Positions 1-13,116 are shown, counted from the stretch's first letter. The stretch: DNA of 64,000 bases from Gracilinanus agilis (GCF_016433145.1 NC_058132.1:536023930-536087929); one strand, 5' to 3'. Numbers and translations are program-made. The notes: generated from the letters alone by a model not told the origin.

Positions 1-125
1 TTTAGCAGATGAGGAAACTGAGACAAACAAAGTTAGATGACTTGCCCAGGATCATAGGCCAGTAAGTTTCTGAAATTAGATTTGAACCCCAGTATTCCTG
101 ATTCCAGGCTTGGGGCTCTTTTCAT
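1..125 (-). mobile_element. MIR/MAR1-type CORE-SINE fragment
   Basis: 'cagatgaggaaactgag...gacttgcccagg...tttgaacccc' is the reverse complement of the CORE-SINE core; runs off the window edge. Confidence 0.75.
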
Positions 126-169
126 TGCATAGCTTAGATATCTGCCCCAGTTACTCAAACAAATTAGTT

Positions 170-860
170 ATAGCATCAGATTGGCAGTTGCCCTCATCGA
201 TTCAGAGAATATTCTATCCACATTTGTCTATCCTGGGCAAAATCTTGTCCATATCATCTGTAAGCCTGCCAAAATTGTTTCATTCAATGTGCTGGAAGAG
301 GCTTTCCTTCCTTTCTTTGATATAACAAGGAAACTAGTAGATCACTCTGATTGTTGATATGCTATTTCTCACTCTTGCCATGTGACCAACTCATCTTCCT
401 TTCTTTTCATACATTTCCCTGATGACATCTTTTACTAGTGCTATTTTTCAAAATTCTTCAGTTGTAAGTTGAAGTCTGCTCAGATGTATAATTTTTCTCT
501 CTACTGCTGTCTGTACTATGCTCCTTTTGATTCCTCACAATTATTCATTACATTCGGTATTATGATTGACTTTTGTTTCTGAGAGAATCATGGATCATTA
601 AAAAAAAAACCCTTTGCATTGTCATTAGGCAGCCCACCTCTCCTGTTTAATTCTGCAACCAACTTGCTATCTATTTGAATTATATGTTTCAGATATATAC
701 GATGATGGACAAATTCTATAGGTTGTCCATATGACACATCTGGACCACAGAGATTCTTTATTTACTTGACCTTTCCTATGTATATGGGCAAGCCAGAAAC
801 TTGAGTGACTGTGCATCTCTTCGAGAAAGCTCTGCATGTCCCGAGTCATAATACAATCAG
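170..860 (-). mobile_element. RTE-clade LINE, decayed 3' part of the ORF
   Basis: Reverse complement gives degenerate RTE C-terminal motifs: 'agatgagttggtcacatggcaagagtgag' resembles RWAGHVAR and 'gcagaattaaacaggagagg' resembles ELNRR; many stops. Confidence 0.7.
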
Positions 861-1062
861 TAAAATGTTATCTCCAGATATGAAGACTTGGAGAACCTTT
901 CTATATAAGAGAATACTTTCTTAACTTATATTCCGAACTATATCTTCTTCATAGTGACAAATAACTTTAATAGGCATACATTTCCTTATTTTTGTGATTC
1001 ACTTGATAGATCTGACAAATTATTTAAATAAAGTTATTTTTATTGTTATATCTTTCCAGAAA

Positions 1063-1185
1063 GCAGTATGAATAATGGATAGAATTGCTTTGGAGCTAGG
1101 AAGACCTGAGCTCTAGCTCTGCCATTGATCATCTTCCTGCTTGATTTGAAGAAAGTCACTGAATCTCTCAGTGTTCTGGGCAATT
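1063..1185 (+). mobile_element. MIR-like SINE fragment
   Basis: tRNA-derived head 'ttggagctaggaagacctgagctctagctctgcc' followed by a degenerate core. Confidence 0.6.
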
Positions 1186-1894
1186 TCTTATTAAGAAGCC
1201 CTTTATATAAATGAAATCCCTAGTCCTTTACCTCTTTCTGTCCCAGGCATTCTTATATCCACCATATTTTTACCTATAGATATGCACATATACATACATA
1301 TACATGTATGGAATATTGGATTCCAAGATTCCTTCTCTATTATAGTTGTAAATGCTAAATTGTATATAAACACATCTATGGCCCTTCTAAAATAAAAACT
1401 TTTTTTTTGTGACTGCTTTTAATATGTTTTCTTTAACCTAGAAACTCAAAATTTGGGCTCTGTTCCTTTAGGTTTTTACTTTAGGGTTTCTTTCAGAAAG
1501 TGATTGTTGTATTACAGTCAAAACCTGATACTCAATAGTTTTGGTACTTTTCTAGAACTTGTTGATGTTCCTGATCTTGGGAAGCTTATGTTGGCTCCAG
1601 CAAAAAACAAAGAATCCTATGTTAGTTAAAGAGCATAGAGAAGAACTCAACACTAGAGCTTCAAAGGGAGTAGCAACAGCTACAGGCAAGGTAAAATGCA
1701 ACTCCATTAATGCATGTAAAGCCTTATAAAATATGGGTTTTCTGGGTATCTGAAACAGATTAATCTGTTTTTTTTTAATGGGAAGAATTCATTGGTACTC
1801 AATCTTTGTGGAACTCGATCTGCCTTCTCTAATGAGTTAATGACAAGCACCAATGTATCACTTACTTCTATTTCTGCTTTGCATTATGATTCTT

Positions 1895-1991
1895 TTTTTT
1901 AATTTATTTTTTCAACCCTTACCTTCCATTTTGGAGTACCTCCTGTCTCTAAGCCTGGCTCTCAATCCACAGAGCTACCCAGTTGCCCCCC
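1895..1991 (-). mobile_element. SINE1_Mdo-type SINE with internal deletion, 15-bp TSD
   Basis: T-rich tail plus 'acccttaccttcc' joined directly to head 'acctcctgtctctaagcc...ctacccagttgcccc'; TSD tgcattatgattctt at 1880-1894 and 1992-2006. Confidence 0.85.
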
Positions 1992-2477
1992 TGCATTATG
2001 ATTCTTAAATACCTTTGCAGTTTTCTTTTATTATTTCTTAAAATATAATGTTTACCTCTTCTCTTGGCTCATGGCATTCAAGTAGTCTGATGAACTTTGG
2101 TGTTATATTTTCCTTGTTCTATTATACAGATCAGTTGTTTTAACTTGAATATATCTTACTTTTTTAAGTTTTTGACTTTGTTTTAATATTTCTTATTTTC
2201 TTAAATATTCATCAGCTTCTATTTGATACATATCAGTTTTCACAGTTTGTTTCTTCAATAAGGTTTCATGTCTTTTGTGCCATGCTATTGATTCTCTTTC
2301 CAATTATTCTTCCCATAGTTCTCCTTTCTTTTCCATTTTTTCCTCTAGCACTCTCATATTTCATTGATTAAAAAAGTAAACCCTTTAAAAAGTCTTGCTT
2401 CACTTCTTTCAGGAATTCTGATTAAATTTTTGCCCAAGCTTTTATTTCATTGAGATTTTGAGTTACTCTCAGTCTAC

Positions 2478-2561
2478 TGTGTTTTTCCTGTGTCCCTCTC
2501 ACCATAATAGCAATTATTTTGCTTTTGTGTTTTTCCTGTGTCCCTCTCACCATAATAGCAA
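2478..2561. repeat. Perfect 36-bp direct repeat, period 48
   Basis: tgtgtttttcctgtgtccctctcaccataatagcaa at 2478-2513 and 2526-2561. Confidence 0.95.
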
Positions 2562-3649
2562 GTAGTAGTTCTTCTTGTTATTCTGCCATCGTGGCTCAGA
2601 CTCATCTCTCATCTTCTGTATTACACTCTTAAACCACTCAAGTTTTTTTTCCTTCTTCTGGTTCACTGTTCCATGTTGTTATTAATATTCTGTATTTTAG
2701 TTTTATCATTTAATCCTATGCAGAAACAAGTCACAGCAATGAAAAGCATATTTCCTTTTGCTAATATAATTTACCATATTGTATATTTCTTTAATTATAT
2801 ATATTTTTAGTATATTTATGAGTGCTTACAGTAATGGAAATTATTATAAATTCTTGCATGAGCAGAATTATTGAGAACAATTATTTTAAAGTCCTTGAAT
2901 TTTAGACAGATACATTTTCATTTATAGTATTGTTTTTTGAAATGCATTTACATAACAGTTAACCTAAAATCATCATCCAGAATGGCTAAAATTTATCAAA
3001 TTCATGTTCTCATTTCTAATTTATATTTTGTAATAATTAACATTGGAATGTTTGTATTTTTCAAAGAGAGATATTTTAGTTTAGTAATTAAGATGAAGCG
3101 ACATGTAAAGTACTTAAGACCTTGATTTTCTACGTGCCCATATGTATATATGAAGTATTGAATAGGAAAACAATAAAAACACATTGTTTTCCATTCAACC
3201 ACAGATAGAATGGAGGACATGAAAGATCATATTTAATAATAAATACCTGCTCATGCGTGTCTGTCCTCCAATAGTAACCTCACCATAATGGTTGACCTTC
3301 ATCTCTTAGAAGCCCTGGTGGAGGAGGATTTGAATAATGACTTGTTCGGTCTTGTTTGTGTTTCTACTGTGTAAAATTCCTTGACCTTACATGAATGATG
3401 TGAAAATATACAGATACCATATTCAGTAAAAGTGGTTAATCAAGCAAGTTTATTGACTGGAAAACAAAGCATTGCAGTATAAACGGAGTACTGCCACTGG
3501 AATCAAAGGACCTTAGTTCACATTGTTTCATTGACTTTCTGTAAATAACTCAATATTCTTTCCTTCAATCTATGTGTAAAATGAGTGAAAAGTATAATGT
3601 CTTTGAGATACAACCACCACTAATAAAACTAACAAAATCACTTCGCATA

Positions 3650-3820
3650 TTTATATAGTGTATGAAGGTTTGTAGATTGCTTTAAATATATTAGCTCATT
3701 TGATCCTCACAACAACTCTATAGGGAAGGAACTACTATTACTTCTCTTTTTTCAAATGAGGTAACTGAGACAGAAGGAAGTGAAGTGTCTTGTCCAAAGT
3801 TATAAAATATCTGAGGTAAT
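3650..3820 (-). mobile_element. MIR SINE
   Basis: 'ctcatttgatcctcacaacaac...aaatgaggtaactgagacag' is the reverse complement of the MIR core and tail. Confidence 0.75.
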
Positions 3821-4169
3821 ATTGCAATGAGGGTCATCAAAGAGGCAAGTGTTGTGCTGTATCCACTTTAATACCTAACTGCCCCAAGAAACCTATGACA
3901 GCACAAAAACAAGATGGAAACAGCTACTCAGTTCTTACCTGGTTCCTGTTTCCTCTGAAGAGGAGAATGGATTTTACATTAGAAATTATAGACTAAAAAT
4001 GACTACTTTGATGCCCATGATAAACATAGTGATATTAAATGAACTTAGCTGATTTTACTGATTCAAGAATTCAAGTCATTTGGCCCAAGTGAAATGGGTC
4101 CTTAGGTTGGGAGAGAACCAGCCATTATGATTGCTTGAAATTTTAATAATATTTCAGTTATAATGAAGA

Positions 4170-5532
4170 TGGGAGAGGAATTGTAATATTAAAGACGGGC
4201 AAATATCATGATTTTCAAAAAGTGAAGAAAACATAACCAACACATTTCTGGCGAGGGAACTTCATTTCTTCTATAAATTCCACAATAAATTAGTTCATTA
4301 AATAAGCAGATGCAAAGGAAAGGATATTACAAAGAACCAGCACAAGTTCCTCAAAAACAGGTCATACCACAATCAACTTCACTTTCTTTTCTTGATGTGA
4401 ATACTAGAATAGTAGATAAAGAGAAGACTGTGGATGTTATTTTACCTAGATGTCAGCAAGACTTTTGATAATATGTCATATCATACTCCTTTTGTGGAAA
4501 AGATAGAAAAATATATCATGGAAAATAGTGCAATCAAATAGATTCAGTACTGGTTGGCTAGCAGGACTTAAAGAAATGTTGTTAGTGATTTGATGTCAAC
4601 AATATAGGAGGCCTCCAGTGGAATAACCCCCTAGATTTCCTGGCCTGTGTTATTAAACAATTTCATGATTTTGATAAATCTATTGATTTCACATATAACA
4701 AAAAACTTGGAGGGATAGATAATTCTATGTCAAATCCGAATCCAAAAGGAACTTGATAGTTTAGAGCATTGGATAAACTCAAATAAAATCAAGTTCAACA
4801 GCAATAAATGTAAAAGTCTTACAATTGGCTACAAAATATCAAGTTCAGAAGAGTAAGATGGTAGAAGTATGGTTAGCTAGCAGTTTTGGAAAAAAATAGC
4901 GAGAGGTTTTAGTGGGACATAAGCTCAATACAAGTCACCAATATGATGTGGTAGCCACAACATGCAATGTGATTTTAGTCTGCTTTCCAAGAAAAGATAA
5001 GTGACAATCTCATAGTACCTACTCCACATCACACCTTATTTGGTGCCAGTTCTGGATGACATGTTTTAAGGACATTAGAAAGCTAAAAAGTATCAAGAAT
5101 GGGCAACCCCAGGATTGCGTCTGATCTTGAATCCACTTTATGAGGATCCATTGAATTAGATGGGTAGATGTTTAGTCTGGAAAAGAGAAGATGTAAGAAG
5201 GCACTGGTCGTTGTGTGTGGGTATTTGAGAGTCTCTCATGTCAAAGAGAGATTAATCTATTTAGCCCCAGAGAGTATAAACTGGAATGATGGATGCAAGT
5301 TACAAAGAGACAAATTTAGGCTTAGTCATGGAGGGGGAAAAAAGAAGCTTTTTATAAATTAGATAACTATCAGAGGCTGAAAGAACTGATATGTGAAATG
5401 ATGGGTAAACTCTCTCTGGAGATCTTATTACACTGGCAAAATGAGGGTTTGGGGGTCATGTTATAATAGGGATTCCTTTCCTGGAGGGGTTGTACTGCTA
5501 AAATCCCTTCTGGCTTTCAAATTCTATGATTC
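4170..5532 (+). mobile_element. L3/CR1 LINE 3' fragment
   Basis: Degenerate CR1 RT motifs ('gtggatgttattttacctagatgtcagcaagacttttgat' resembles VDVIYLDFSKAFD; 'aagttcaacagcaataaatgtaaa') ending in the CR1 terminal motif 'attctatgattc'. Confidence 0.85.
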
Positions 5533-5706
5533 AATACATCATTCTCTTTGTCTACCTCTCTACAAGGAAGAGAAAAAAAATCATCACTTGTTTTGGGTAC
5601 AAAGATTGGTTATTAAAATTAATCTGAATTCAGATTACTTTTAAATGTCCTTCTTATTTATATTATTGCAATTATTGATTATATTATTCCATTAGTTCTA
5701 CTTTCT

Positions 5707-5822
5707 TCATTTAAATCAATAATCAATTAATATTTATTAAGTTTCGCAGGCATTGACCTACAAACTGGAGATAAAAATAAGAAAAAGAAAAACAGTTCTT
5801 ACACTCGAAATCTTAGTGTCAA
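5707..5822 (-). mobile_element. L2 3' end fragment
   Basis: 'tcaattaatatttattaag...caggcattgacctacaaactggagata' resembles the reverse complement of the L2 terminus. Confidence 0.55.
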
Positions 5823-6009
5823 AAGTGGGAAAGATGATACACAAAAGAAAGTTGGAAAAGGGAAGGGAGTACCAGAACATCCTGAAACATGTTGCTCAAA
5901 GTGTCAAAAATAAACAGAACAGCTGACTTAAATAATCAATTTATATATATATGTATATATATAAATAAATTCTTCATATTTGTCATTTGGGGGTTCAATA
6001 TTATAATCA

Positions 6010-6345
6010 CATAGTCTATTACATTAATATATGCTAATTTGTATACTGTTCTTTACTTAATGGGTACTCACCTTTTTCTAAGTTTTTTTGGGGGGTAGTA
6101 AATATTTACTTACAAATATTTCGGTATATATGAAATTTTATTTTGGCCTTTTTGCTATATTCTCACAGTAGTGGTGTTCTTGGATCAAAAGATTTAAAAG
6201 AATGTAATGATACATTTCACATTATTCTAAATTATTTTCTAAAAATTTTGTGCAAATTCACATGCTCCATCAACAGTATTTTAGTCTCCCTTAGCTTCTC
6301 AAAGTTCCTTCAATAATGACAGTTTCCAACTTCTGTCTTCTTAGC
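6010..6345 (-). mobile_element. Old L1 fragment (ORF2 C-terminus/3' region)
   Basis: 'aaattcacatgctccatcaacagt' and flanks resemble antisense L1 3' ORF2. Confidence 0.5.
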
Positions 6346-8059
6346 CTGTAGAAGTTTGACTGAAATCACTGTACTAATATGACCAGCTTAGAGACTGATA
6401 GTTCTAGGACTACTTAGTTTGTCTTGCCTTTCCAGATAAGGAACCTTTCTCTAAGCTTTGAATGCCCTTACAATCAAGATCACACTAGAACAAAAAGTGC
6501 TGGTGGAGATGCCTACAGAATTCCTATTGTTATAGGGATGAGAAACAAATACTCTTTAATGGACTCATTTTGTAACCAGAGAGCGATTAAAAGCTGATGA
6601 TAATAAATGCAACATAAGCAAAGCATTTAGCTACTTAACGAAAGTGTAGATAAATAACTATTAGATCTCTTTTAAAGAAATCTCTTTTTAAATTTTGTTA
6701 CTTGTAGTTAACATCTGCTGTGTGAGCTAATGAGAAAAGACTCTGCAGACAAATATAATCCTAAGAGAAAATCATTACCTACTCTGGCAAGTTCAAGTTC
6801 ATCTAATTCATTACAAAGCATTTAATATAAGTGATATCATAATATATGTTACCATATTCCAGGGTGACTAAGCAGTAAAATGGGAAAAAGTTAATTGTTG
6901 CTTTTTTTTTAAACATAGAAATCTCTTTCCAAAATTCAGAGAATGCTGCCACCATTCCATTTGTTTTTAAATTCTGTCTCTCTTTAAGGGACTCTGTATT
7001 TTAATATTTGATAAAAGTCCCAATTCTTGGTATTTCTTGAATGGGAAATAACGAATGTGTTAATATAAGATGCCGAAAGGCAACTTCCCTGGCACTGTTG
7101 ACATGTCTAGATGAAATTGAAGTGTGTTTTGCTAACGGGGTTCACAGAGAAGCAAATCAAATTAGAATAGAGTAGATTCAGCATTTGATTAATCTATTGG
7201 AGGATAAGAAGATGATTTCCATTTAAAATTAGAGCAGATGAAATAGATTTTTCTTCAATATTTACTTTAGAAGCAAAATAAAATTAAAATGAACTTTAAT
7301 GATCTGCTTGCCCCATTCAAAAATCTGACCAAATGGAACCTTTTAAATATTTAGGCCCAAGAGTATCGAAATGATGTTATATAGATTTTAGGGCCCTTTT
7401 TAATATGATAAAAATTAAACTTTAATCTGTGCTTTTCTTAAACTTTCTAAAGCGCATGGTGCATAATTGTTTTTGTGTGCTGTAGGAAAAGTGAAAAGGT
7501 TGAGGAAATCACAAAGGAATTTAATTTGCCATAGGCAACATTGCGACTTTAAGAACTTTACTAGCACTCAAATCGAAGGAAAACTTTCTCATTTCTTTGT
7601 TTGCCTATAAATAAAAAAGAGAAAACTCACAGATAGCTCATATTAAAAGAACAAAAATATTGAATGAGACTTTGTTTTTGTATTACCTAAATATCTTGGT
7701 GGGGATCATGAATATCCTAGAATACTCTTCTACTCGGATCAAGTAGCATATGCTTTTGTCCTCATTGAGGGAGGGGATTCTGATTTTGAAATTAGAAGGT
7801 TCTGAATGGATTTATGTTTGGCATACAGTCAATTTCAACTAGTAATTCTCTATTCTAAATATTTTCTCAGCTTCCTTTACCTAATTATCTTCATGAAGCA
7901 AGAATGCCTGTGTGACAACCTCCCCATATATAGAGAGAATATGAGGCACAACTGGTTTTCTTATGCTTATATGCTATAATTTAACTAAACAGCTATTTTC
8001 AATACTGTTTTCTATGAACTAGATAGTTGTATGTTTTAAATGCTCAGAACAAAAAAGGC

Positions 8060-10210
8060 TATCAACTTCATGAAGCCTTCCCTAATCCACAGTTGGTAGT
8101 GTTTCCCCTCTCAATTGTTTTGTATTTACTTTGTATACATTTTGTATTTCTTTATAGGTATACAAATAGTTTTTTCCTCAATAAAATGTAAACTTCTTGA
8201 AGGCAGGTACTCTTTTGATTTGTATTTTTTTTAATCTCCAGGTTCTAGAACAGTGTCTGGTACAAGTTATATTTATTCTGTGAAAGAATAAGAGATTTTT
8301 TCCTCAACGCTTATACCACTGATCACCTTCAATTCTTTACCTTATTCTTGAAAATAAACTACTCCAAACTTTTATCTTTCAAATGCCAAACCACTGCCCC
8401 TCCCCTCCAATCCTTCTTGCAGATGACTTAGTCTTTTACCTCATTGACACAACCGAAGTCATATGTTAGGATCTTCGTTTTCCCTCTCTCCTTTCTTAAA
8501 ACTTCTGAACATAATTAAACATTCTTCTCTTCTTCACTCTGGTCACAGAAAATGATGTCTGTTTTTTCTACTTTGTCCTTGATTTTATTTCTTCCCACTT
8601 CATTCTGGACTTTGTCACGACACTCAATACTTATGCATCTTCGATCTCCTTTTCTACCTCCCTCCTGCCCACATTAGATCCTTGCCATCTGCTGTAGAGA
8701 ATCATATGTTCTCAAATCTAAACAAAACCAAATAAATGTATAGCAATATTCTTCTCTTCTTTCTACCTAGCATCTGTTTTTCTACTCTTTATTAATTAGC
8801 TTCTGAAAAGACTATATGCAATTTTCTATATTTAATTATGCATTATAAAGTTTCTCTATTCCTTTTACAATGAATAATTTTCTTATTATTCTTTCTAGTG
8901 AAAACACTTCCTCAAAATCACTGGTCACCTTATTTTAAATATACTGTCAAATTTTGAATCATCCCATTCTCAGATTTCTTTTCATGCTCTGATTCATCTG
9001 ACCATCTCCATCCTTTTGAGTACTCTCTTCGCCATTTGTTTCAGAGATGTTCTATTCAGTTGTCTTATTTTTCTTCAATTTGTTTCCTTCACTAACTTTA
9101 GAGCTTCTCCCCAGTATTGTATGCTCTCTAACTTTCTGACAAAGTCCTCAACTAAATGTTTAATAGTTCACTGACAAATTCCTAGATACAGCATGAATGG
9201 ACTTCAGTGCCCAGCTTGTGTTCCAGGGAGTTTAAATCTAGTGTCCAAGATAGCACAGGTAGGAAGAGTAGTTTTAAAAACAAATCTTTTGACACTCCAC
9301 CTTCCCAAGAGTTCCTGGGCTTTTTTTCTTACTTCACCAGTAATTTTATTCACTTCCAAGCCTCCAGCTATCATTTCCGCGTAGACTCCCCTTCTCCAAC
9401 AAACTATATTTTTGGTGCTGCTATCTTCACAGCTCTAGACCTATGTCTCTTAATTTCTTTTTTTTTTAATGTCTTAACTTCTCTTAGGATATCTCTTCTC
9501 AGATGTTCTACTAGTTCAAAACTCAACATATCCCAAAACAACTTTATTATCTTTCCTCTTTCAAACTTGCCCATTCTTTGACTTTATTATTTTTATCAAT
9601 GTGACTACCATTTATCCAATCTCCTCCAAATGTTGGGCTATTTTTTTCGGATTATTCTCTAATCCTTACTTCTCATACCCAATTACTAACTCCTGTTGAT
9701 TATACATTTACAATATTTCTCATATTTCTCACCTCATCTTCATTCCCTTTACATAAAAATCATATAGATAATTATTACCTTATGGAAAGATTATTCAATA
9801 TACTTCTCATATCGATACCTTTCAAACTCCTTCCTAGTCAATCCAGCTTTAGAATTATTTCAAAACATTTTCTTTTTGTACATATCTGCTCATGTTATTC
9901 CTGGTCTTAAAAATATTCAGTGACTATTCTCTATCAAATAAAATCTCAAACCCTTTGGGCAATTAAGACACTGTGCAATTTTCTGGACTCCTACTTTTCT
10001 AGCCTTAACATGTATTTTTACTCTACATACTCCATGTTCTAGCTCACATGAAATGTTCTCTGTCCTCTAGCATACCTCATACATTTTCAATTTCATGCCT
10101 TTGATCACTCTATTACCAAAAACCCTGAATTCACTCACAAATAGTCTTCCCTTGTTAAACCATATGATCTAAGACTAGCTCAAATGCCACTTTCCCTATT
10201 GCTTTTCCTC
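8060..10210 (+). mobile_element. L2 LINE fragments, interrupted
   Basis: Pyrimidine-rich L2 ORF2-like text ('gcagatgacttagtcttttacctcattgac', 'aaactcaacatatcccaaaac', 'gctcaaatgccactttcc'); unassigned block at about 9190-9430. Confidence 0.6.
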
Positions 10211-11289
10211 AGTACTATGAATTTGGTCACGTGGATCTGATGTCATACCTTTGAGGCTTTCTGACACATTCACTAAGTATATTATGTACTAAGTTGTATA
10301 ATATTACTTATAGACATACATAAATACTTGCATGAAGCTTTGTTCAAATGCTTCATTGTGATGTGAATATTACTTTGAACTCGTAAGACTGTGTCAGCCA
10401 AACACAAACTCTAATTATTCTTACAAGTGGAGAAGGTTACATTTAGGGACCTAGAAATGTTGTCCATGAACCAGCTTAGCTGAGCTAGAAATGATGCCAG
10501 GGCGATGCATTTTTCTGTGGCAGCACACTATTTATTATATTAAAGAGGGGTCCTAATCTCTTGGTAGGGACACACTGACTGATTGTAGATTCTTTCAATA
10601 TTCAATTTAATTCTACTAATATTTACTATGCAGCTTCTTTGTTTTAGGCCTGTCAGGCACTGGGATATAAAATCAAAATGTTCTTTGCCCTGACGATGTT
10701 TTCATTTTATTGGTAACTAAGAAATATGTCTTCTTATAATCTGGTAACTATGGTTTCCATGAGGTCAGGGACAGCATCTCAATGAAAGTTTATATCTCAA
10801 ACAATGATTGACATAGTACTCCATAACATAGTACTCCAGAAACAATAGAATATAATTAATTGTTCTGTATTCCATTCCCTTGGAGCTTGTTTTTTCTAGT
10901 CATTTTGAGGAAATGGGAGTAAACACAAATATAGATGTGTCTAATATGTAACACAAGAACTCATAAGACAGCTTAAGATGGATTAATGTGTTATTCCTTG
11001 CAGATAACATTTACAATTTAAATGTGGAATTCAAAAGCTTTACTAGAAAGAAATAACTGTTATATGAATATTATACATTATTATAATATTCCAAATGAGA
11101 TATTTTTATTTGATCAAATGTCCTGGACATCCCTTGATACAAAATTGTTCTCTTCTCATGTCCCAAGCTACACTACTACTTCCTCACTCTTGGTAGATAA
11201 TATTTAGCATCATTCAGAAGACTGGAGATGTCTTCTGAACTTCTTTATCTTCTCTCCTTTAGTCTTCTCAGTCATTTAAAGGCCCTTAC

Positions 11290-12310
11290 TCACCCTTTTC
11301 TCCTTTTCATTCTCAAAAGATGAGGTGGCTTTCCTCCTTGCAAAAGGCATTTTTTTTTACTTGTACCCTTAATCCCATCAAATCTCACCCTTTCCAAAAT
11401 CTTGCTTCATCAATTGCTCTTTTCTGTTTTAATTTCAGTCTTTCCCTATTGACTCCTTCCTCTCAACTGATAAAATATCTGTGGACTTCTGCAATGTCGA
11501 ATTATCCTAGCTTTGATTGTTCATATATTACCTTTCCTGAAACACATGCACACACATAATTTCCTTCAAAGTAGTCAACCTTGAACTCTTTTTCCTGTTT
11601 TCATTCCTTATCATTGCCAATGTTCTATAAAGAGCAATCTAAACTTGCTACCTCTACTTTCTAACTAATGTTCAGTCTCTCATAGTATTAGTTTCTATCA
11701 CTACTAAAAAAGTTCTTCCCATCCTCACTAATGACTGTTACCCTCCCTTTAGAGGCCTGTTTGTCTGTACTCATCTGACTTTATTTTTCTATGGAATTTT
11801 TCCCTATCTCTTTGCCCATTCATTTGTACTTCTTTTTCTGGTTCCTATTCTCCTCTCTCCTTTAACACAAATACTACCCAAAGTCTGGTTATCAGAACTC
11901 TTCTATTTATTTCACTTGATCTCATTCATTCTAATTGCTTCAATTATCATCTACATAAAATAGTCTAAAATATATATTTTAGTATGATATTTTTAATAGT
12001 GCTATAAGTAGTTCTAAATTCCTGGAAGTTGGTTGCACTGATGGCACCTTAAAATCAATTTTCTCCAAACTGCCTCTCCCACTAACTTCTTTATTTTTGC
12101 TGATGTTATTACCATTTATAATTCCTTAAGTTTAAAACTCTTAAGATCCATGTTTAAATTTTTCTTCTTCCTCTTTCTTCAGAACAAGTAATCAACTGCA
12201 ATGTCTTGTGAAATCTAAACCTGTAATAGCTGTTACATCAATCGATTCTTTTTTATTCCAGCTAAAACTTTCCTTCTTCATACTCTTAAATTATCTTTCT
12301 TTAATTATTT
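11290..12310 (+). mobile_element. L2 LINE fragment
   Basis: 'gatgaggtggctttcctccttgcaaaaggc', 'ctcattcattctaattgcttcaattatcatcta', 'ggcaccttaaaatcaattttctccaaactg'. Confidence 0.65.
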
Positions 12311-12329
12311 CAATGCTGAACAGTGAGTG

Positions 12330-12470
12330 GAAGGTATAAAAACAGATTCATTCTAATCATATGGAAAGTTTTTTCTAACAGAATTATCCCAAAATTGAAT
12401 TGGTTGCTTCAGTAGTGAATTGGTTGCCATTCAGTGAAAATTTTCAAGTGGATGGTATAAAGCGATGGCT
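12330..12470 (+). mobile_element. L3/CR1 3' fragment
   Basis: 'ggaaagttttttctaacagaattatcccaaaattgaattggttgc...ttttcaagtggatgg' resembles the CR1 3' end. Confidence 0.5.
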
Positions 12471-13010
12471 AATTAATGCAACTCATAGAGACAAACTGCA
12501 AAGGTGATTTATGGTCAGTTACAAATTGAAATTGTATAATTTTTGTTAAATCCAAGATTAAATATTTTAGAGTAATTTCTGGAAAAGATGCTTGCTAATT
12601 CCCTGAGTCATGAAAGTTAACTGTTTGGAGAAGGCACTATAAAGATACCTGCAGAAACCACACACTGCATCAAAAGATCCAGAATAAACTTTGGGATGTA
12701 GTAAATTGAACCGAGGTGGTCGAATGCATTTATTTTGAATGTAAACTCATATGCCAAAGGGGATTGCCCCAACTGGCTTTTTGTCAATGTGCCTAGCAAT
12801 CATTGGTTTTGCTTTCTTTCTCTTTTATTTCCCTCTTATCCCTGAATTATTGTAATTTCCCCTTATAAAGTGCAATATTGTATGCACTTCTAGTAAGAGA
12901 TCTTTAGAGATATAAGCTGGTTTTGTGAAATGATTCATTGGGGAGCCTAGGCATGTAAATCTGGTAGATTTCAACATGCTCATCTCCCAAAGAATCAGAG
13001 GGGGGGATTG

Positions 13011-13116
13011 TGTAGATAAAATTCACTCCCCAAGGCTCATCTGACACAGCTCATCTTACCCAGCATCAGAAGATGAGCTGGGTCTGATGAGCATTGTGGA
13101 ATGAATTTTATATACA
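13011..13116. repeat. Long inverted repeat (47-bp arms, 12-nt loop)
   Basis: 13011-13057 versus reverse complement of 13070-13116: 41/47 identical, ungapped (hand-aligned). Confidence 0.95.

Noticed and set aside
3247-3390. Exon-like segment with splice-like motifs on both strands
   Set aside because: No acceptor/donor pair gave a frame open from end to end
9207-9581. 124-aa plus-strand ORF
   Set aside because: Its 3' half is decayed L2 sequence, low-complexity S/F-rich; no recognisable domain
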